From Planctomycetes bacterium UBA1662 (GTDB lineage: Bacteria; Planctomycetota; UBA8108), in NCBI GenBank assembly GCA_002320775.1, contig DCKY01000187.1, forward strand, positions 7,161 through 71,160: DNA of 64,000 bases. Direction: 5' to 3'. Under the pieces are notes generated by a model. It was given only the letters and a program-made list of their open reading frames with translations. It ran no database searches and had not been told where the DNA came from. This document shows, in pieces, positions 62,913-64,000 of the stretch. Both the position numbers and the translations under genes were made by a program. The first letter of the stretch is position 1; the number at the start of each line of letters is the position of its first letter.

Positions 62913-63866
62913 TCAGGGCGCGGTGTTGGCCTCTCCGGCCCCAGAATTTCTGAAGAAGCCTCTCGAGCTCTCCATTCCCTCTCGCACAAAGTCATACTCG
63001 GAATCTTTGCAAGGGGCGAAGCCGGAGAGACTCTTCGAGAAGGTCTTCAGGATGTCGGGGTTGGTGGTTTTCAACAGGACATCCTGCAGGGCGATGAACT
63101 GGTTCTCGGCAATACCGCCGCGGGCCACCCAGGGCTTGGTGACGTTATCGAAGGCCTTCAGCTCGCGCAGCCCCTTCTCCTTGTACTTGGCGAAGGTACT
63201 CTCCTTGGCCGCGCCGGCATCGTACTTTCCATGGAGCACGGCGGCGACGACCTTGTCGTGGCGGCCGAGGTAGTCGAATTTTTCAAGGTCATTGGAGGTG
63301 ACGCCGGCCTCGACGAGCTCGGCCTGGGAGAGGTAGCGGCCAATGGTGCTGTTCTCATCGCCAAAGGCGAAGCTCTTTCCCCTGAGATCAGCAAGCGATC
63401 CGAAGGGGCTGTCTTCTCGAACGCAGATGATTCCATTGAAGCGCCGCTTCCCCTTGTTCTCCTCGATCGCCAGGAGCCGGACATCCGGGTTTCTATCCTT
63501 GGCGATAACGTAGGAGGCGGGGCCGAAGCGGACAAAATCGACTTCGTCGTTGATGAAGGCTCTCAGGGCGAGCTCGTAGGTTTTGTAGATCACAAGCTTG
63601 ATCTGCGGCGCGTCCTCGATACGGGTGGCGATCTCGTCCTCGATGTAGCGCAGCATCGGCTTGAATTTCTTGAACATTTCCGATGGCTTGTCGGAGGTGT
63701 AGACGCCGAAGGTCAGCGTCGGAATGCTCTCTGAGATGCTGGCTTCCGGCTTCGATTTCCCGGCCGAGCTGGGCTCGTTGAAGGCGAAGACGACCACCAG
63801 GATGGCGAGAACCGCGAGAACGGAAGAGGCAGTGGCAATATGCACGCGCGAGAGAGATTTAAACAT
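62913..63866 (-). CDS. PhnD/SsuA-like periplasmic substrate-binding protein (phosphonate/phosphate-type PBP fold), probable sensing partner of the adjacent kinase.
   Basis: It has a signal/TM anchor, then LTFGVYTSDKP...YELALRAF, which matches the PhnD-like pattern. The gene is 67 bp upstream of the kinase gene on the same strand. Confidence 0.6.
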   Translation of the reverse strand: MFKSLSRVHIATASSVLAVLAILVVVFAFNEPSSAGKSKPEASISESIPTLTFGVYTSDKPSEMFKKFKPMLRYIEDEIATRIEDAPQIKLVIYKTYELALRAFINDEVDFVRFGPASYVIAKDRNPDVRLLAIEENKGKRRFNGIICVREDSPFGSLADLRGKSFAFGDENSTIGRYLSQAELVEAGVTSNDLEKFDYLGRHDKVVAAVLHGKYDAGAAKESTFAKYKEKGLRELKAFDNVTKPWVARGGIAENQFIALQDVLLKTTNPDILKTFSKSLSGFAPCKDSEYDFVREGMESSRGFFRNSGAGEANTAP

Positions 63867-64000
63867 GGTCCTTCTTTCCTTAACTTTTCCGACCGTTGAA
63901 ATATTTTCCGTAACACGCGGCTTACAGACGCCTCTCGAGGCTCCGGGGGACTCGATTCGAGCTCTCCAAACACCTTCATCGGCGTGGTGCCAGCCGCAGA

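Overview
This is a 64 kb, GC-rich (about 62-65%) bacterial chromosomal segment. I found no rRNA, tRNA, CRISPR array, integrase or transposase. Coding is dense on both strands. Several gene pairs overlap by 4 nt (ATGA stop/start), which indicates operons. The housekeeping genes I can support are pckA, a class I aminotransferase, a tRNA-dihydrouridine synthase, tpx, proA, a hopanoid-type radical SAM (HpnH-like), a PlsC-like acyltransferase, rsmD, rluD, rfbB, an MsbA-like ABC exporter, biotin genes in the order bioB-bioF-bioD then bioA, tyrA, an M50 site-2 protease, and an ECF sigma/anti-sigma pair. Between them sit accessory genes. First, three secreted proteins each end in a tandem dockerin-like module: a CxxCH/DUF11 protein, a 901 aa protein that also carries a cohesin-like segment, and a 1949 aa protein with lamin-tail domains, a CotH kinase domain and a beta-helix. 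Second, a 1476 aa membrane protein fuses two rhodanese domains, a YidC/Oxa1 insertase core, a PEP-synthase-like phosphotransfer pair and a C-terminal PilZ domain. Third, a 1579 aa regulator combines a P-loop NTPase, TPR repeats, a GAF domain, a degenerate GGDEF domain and a Fis-type HTH. Fourth, there are two orphan DNA methyltransferases, one with a C-terminal SNase-like tail. Fifth, there is a Ser/Thr kinase with variant catalytic motifs. Sixth, a roughly 380 nt ORF-free unit has a canonical sigma70 promoter and a textbook intrinsic terminator, which I read as a candidate ncRNA. Seventh, an intergenic array holds four copies of an 11-mer. The dockerin-like modules, the planctomycete-type cytochrome motif, the LTD/CotH giant protein and HpnH together suggest a PVC-superphylum-like or related environmental lineage, but this is inference only. 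All calls come from reading the translated ORFs and the raw sequence by eye. No database search was run.
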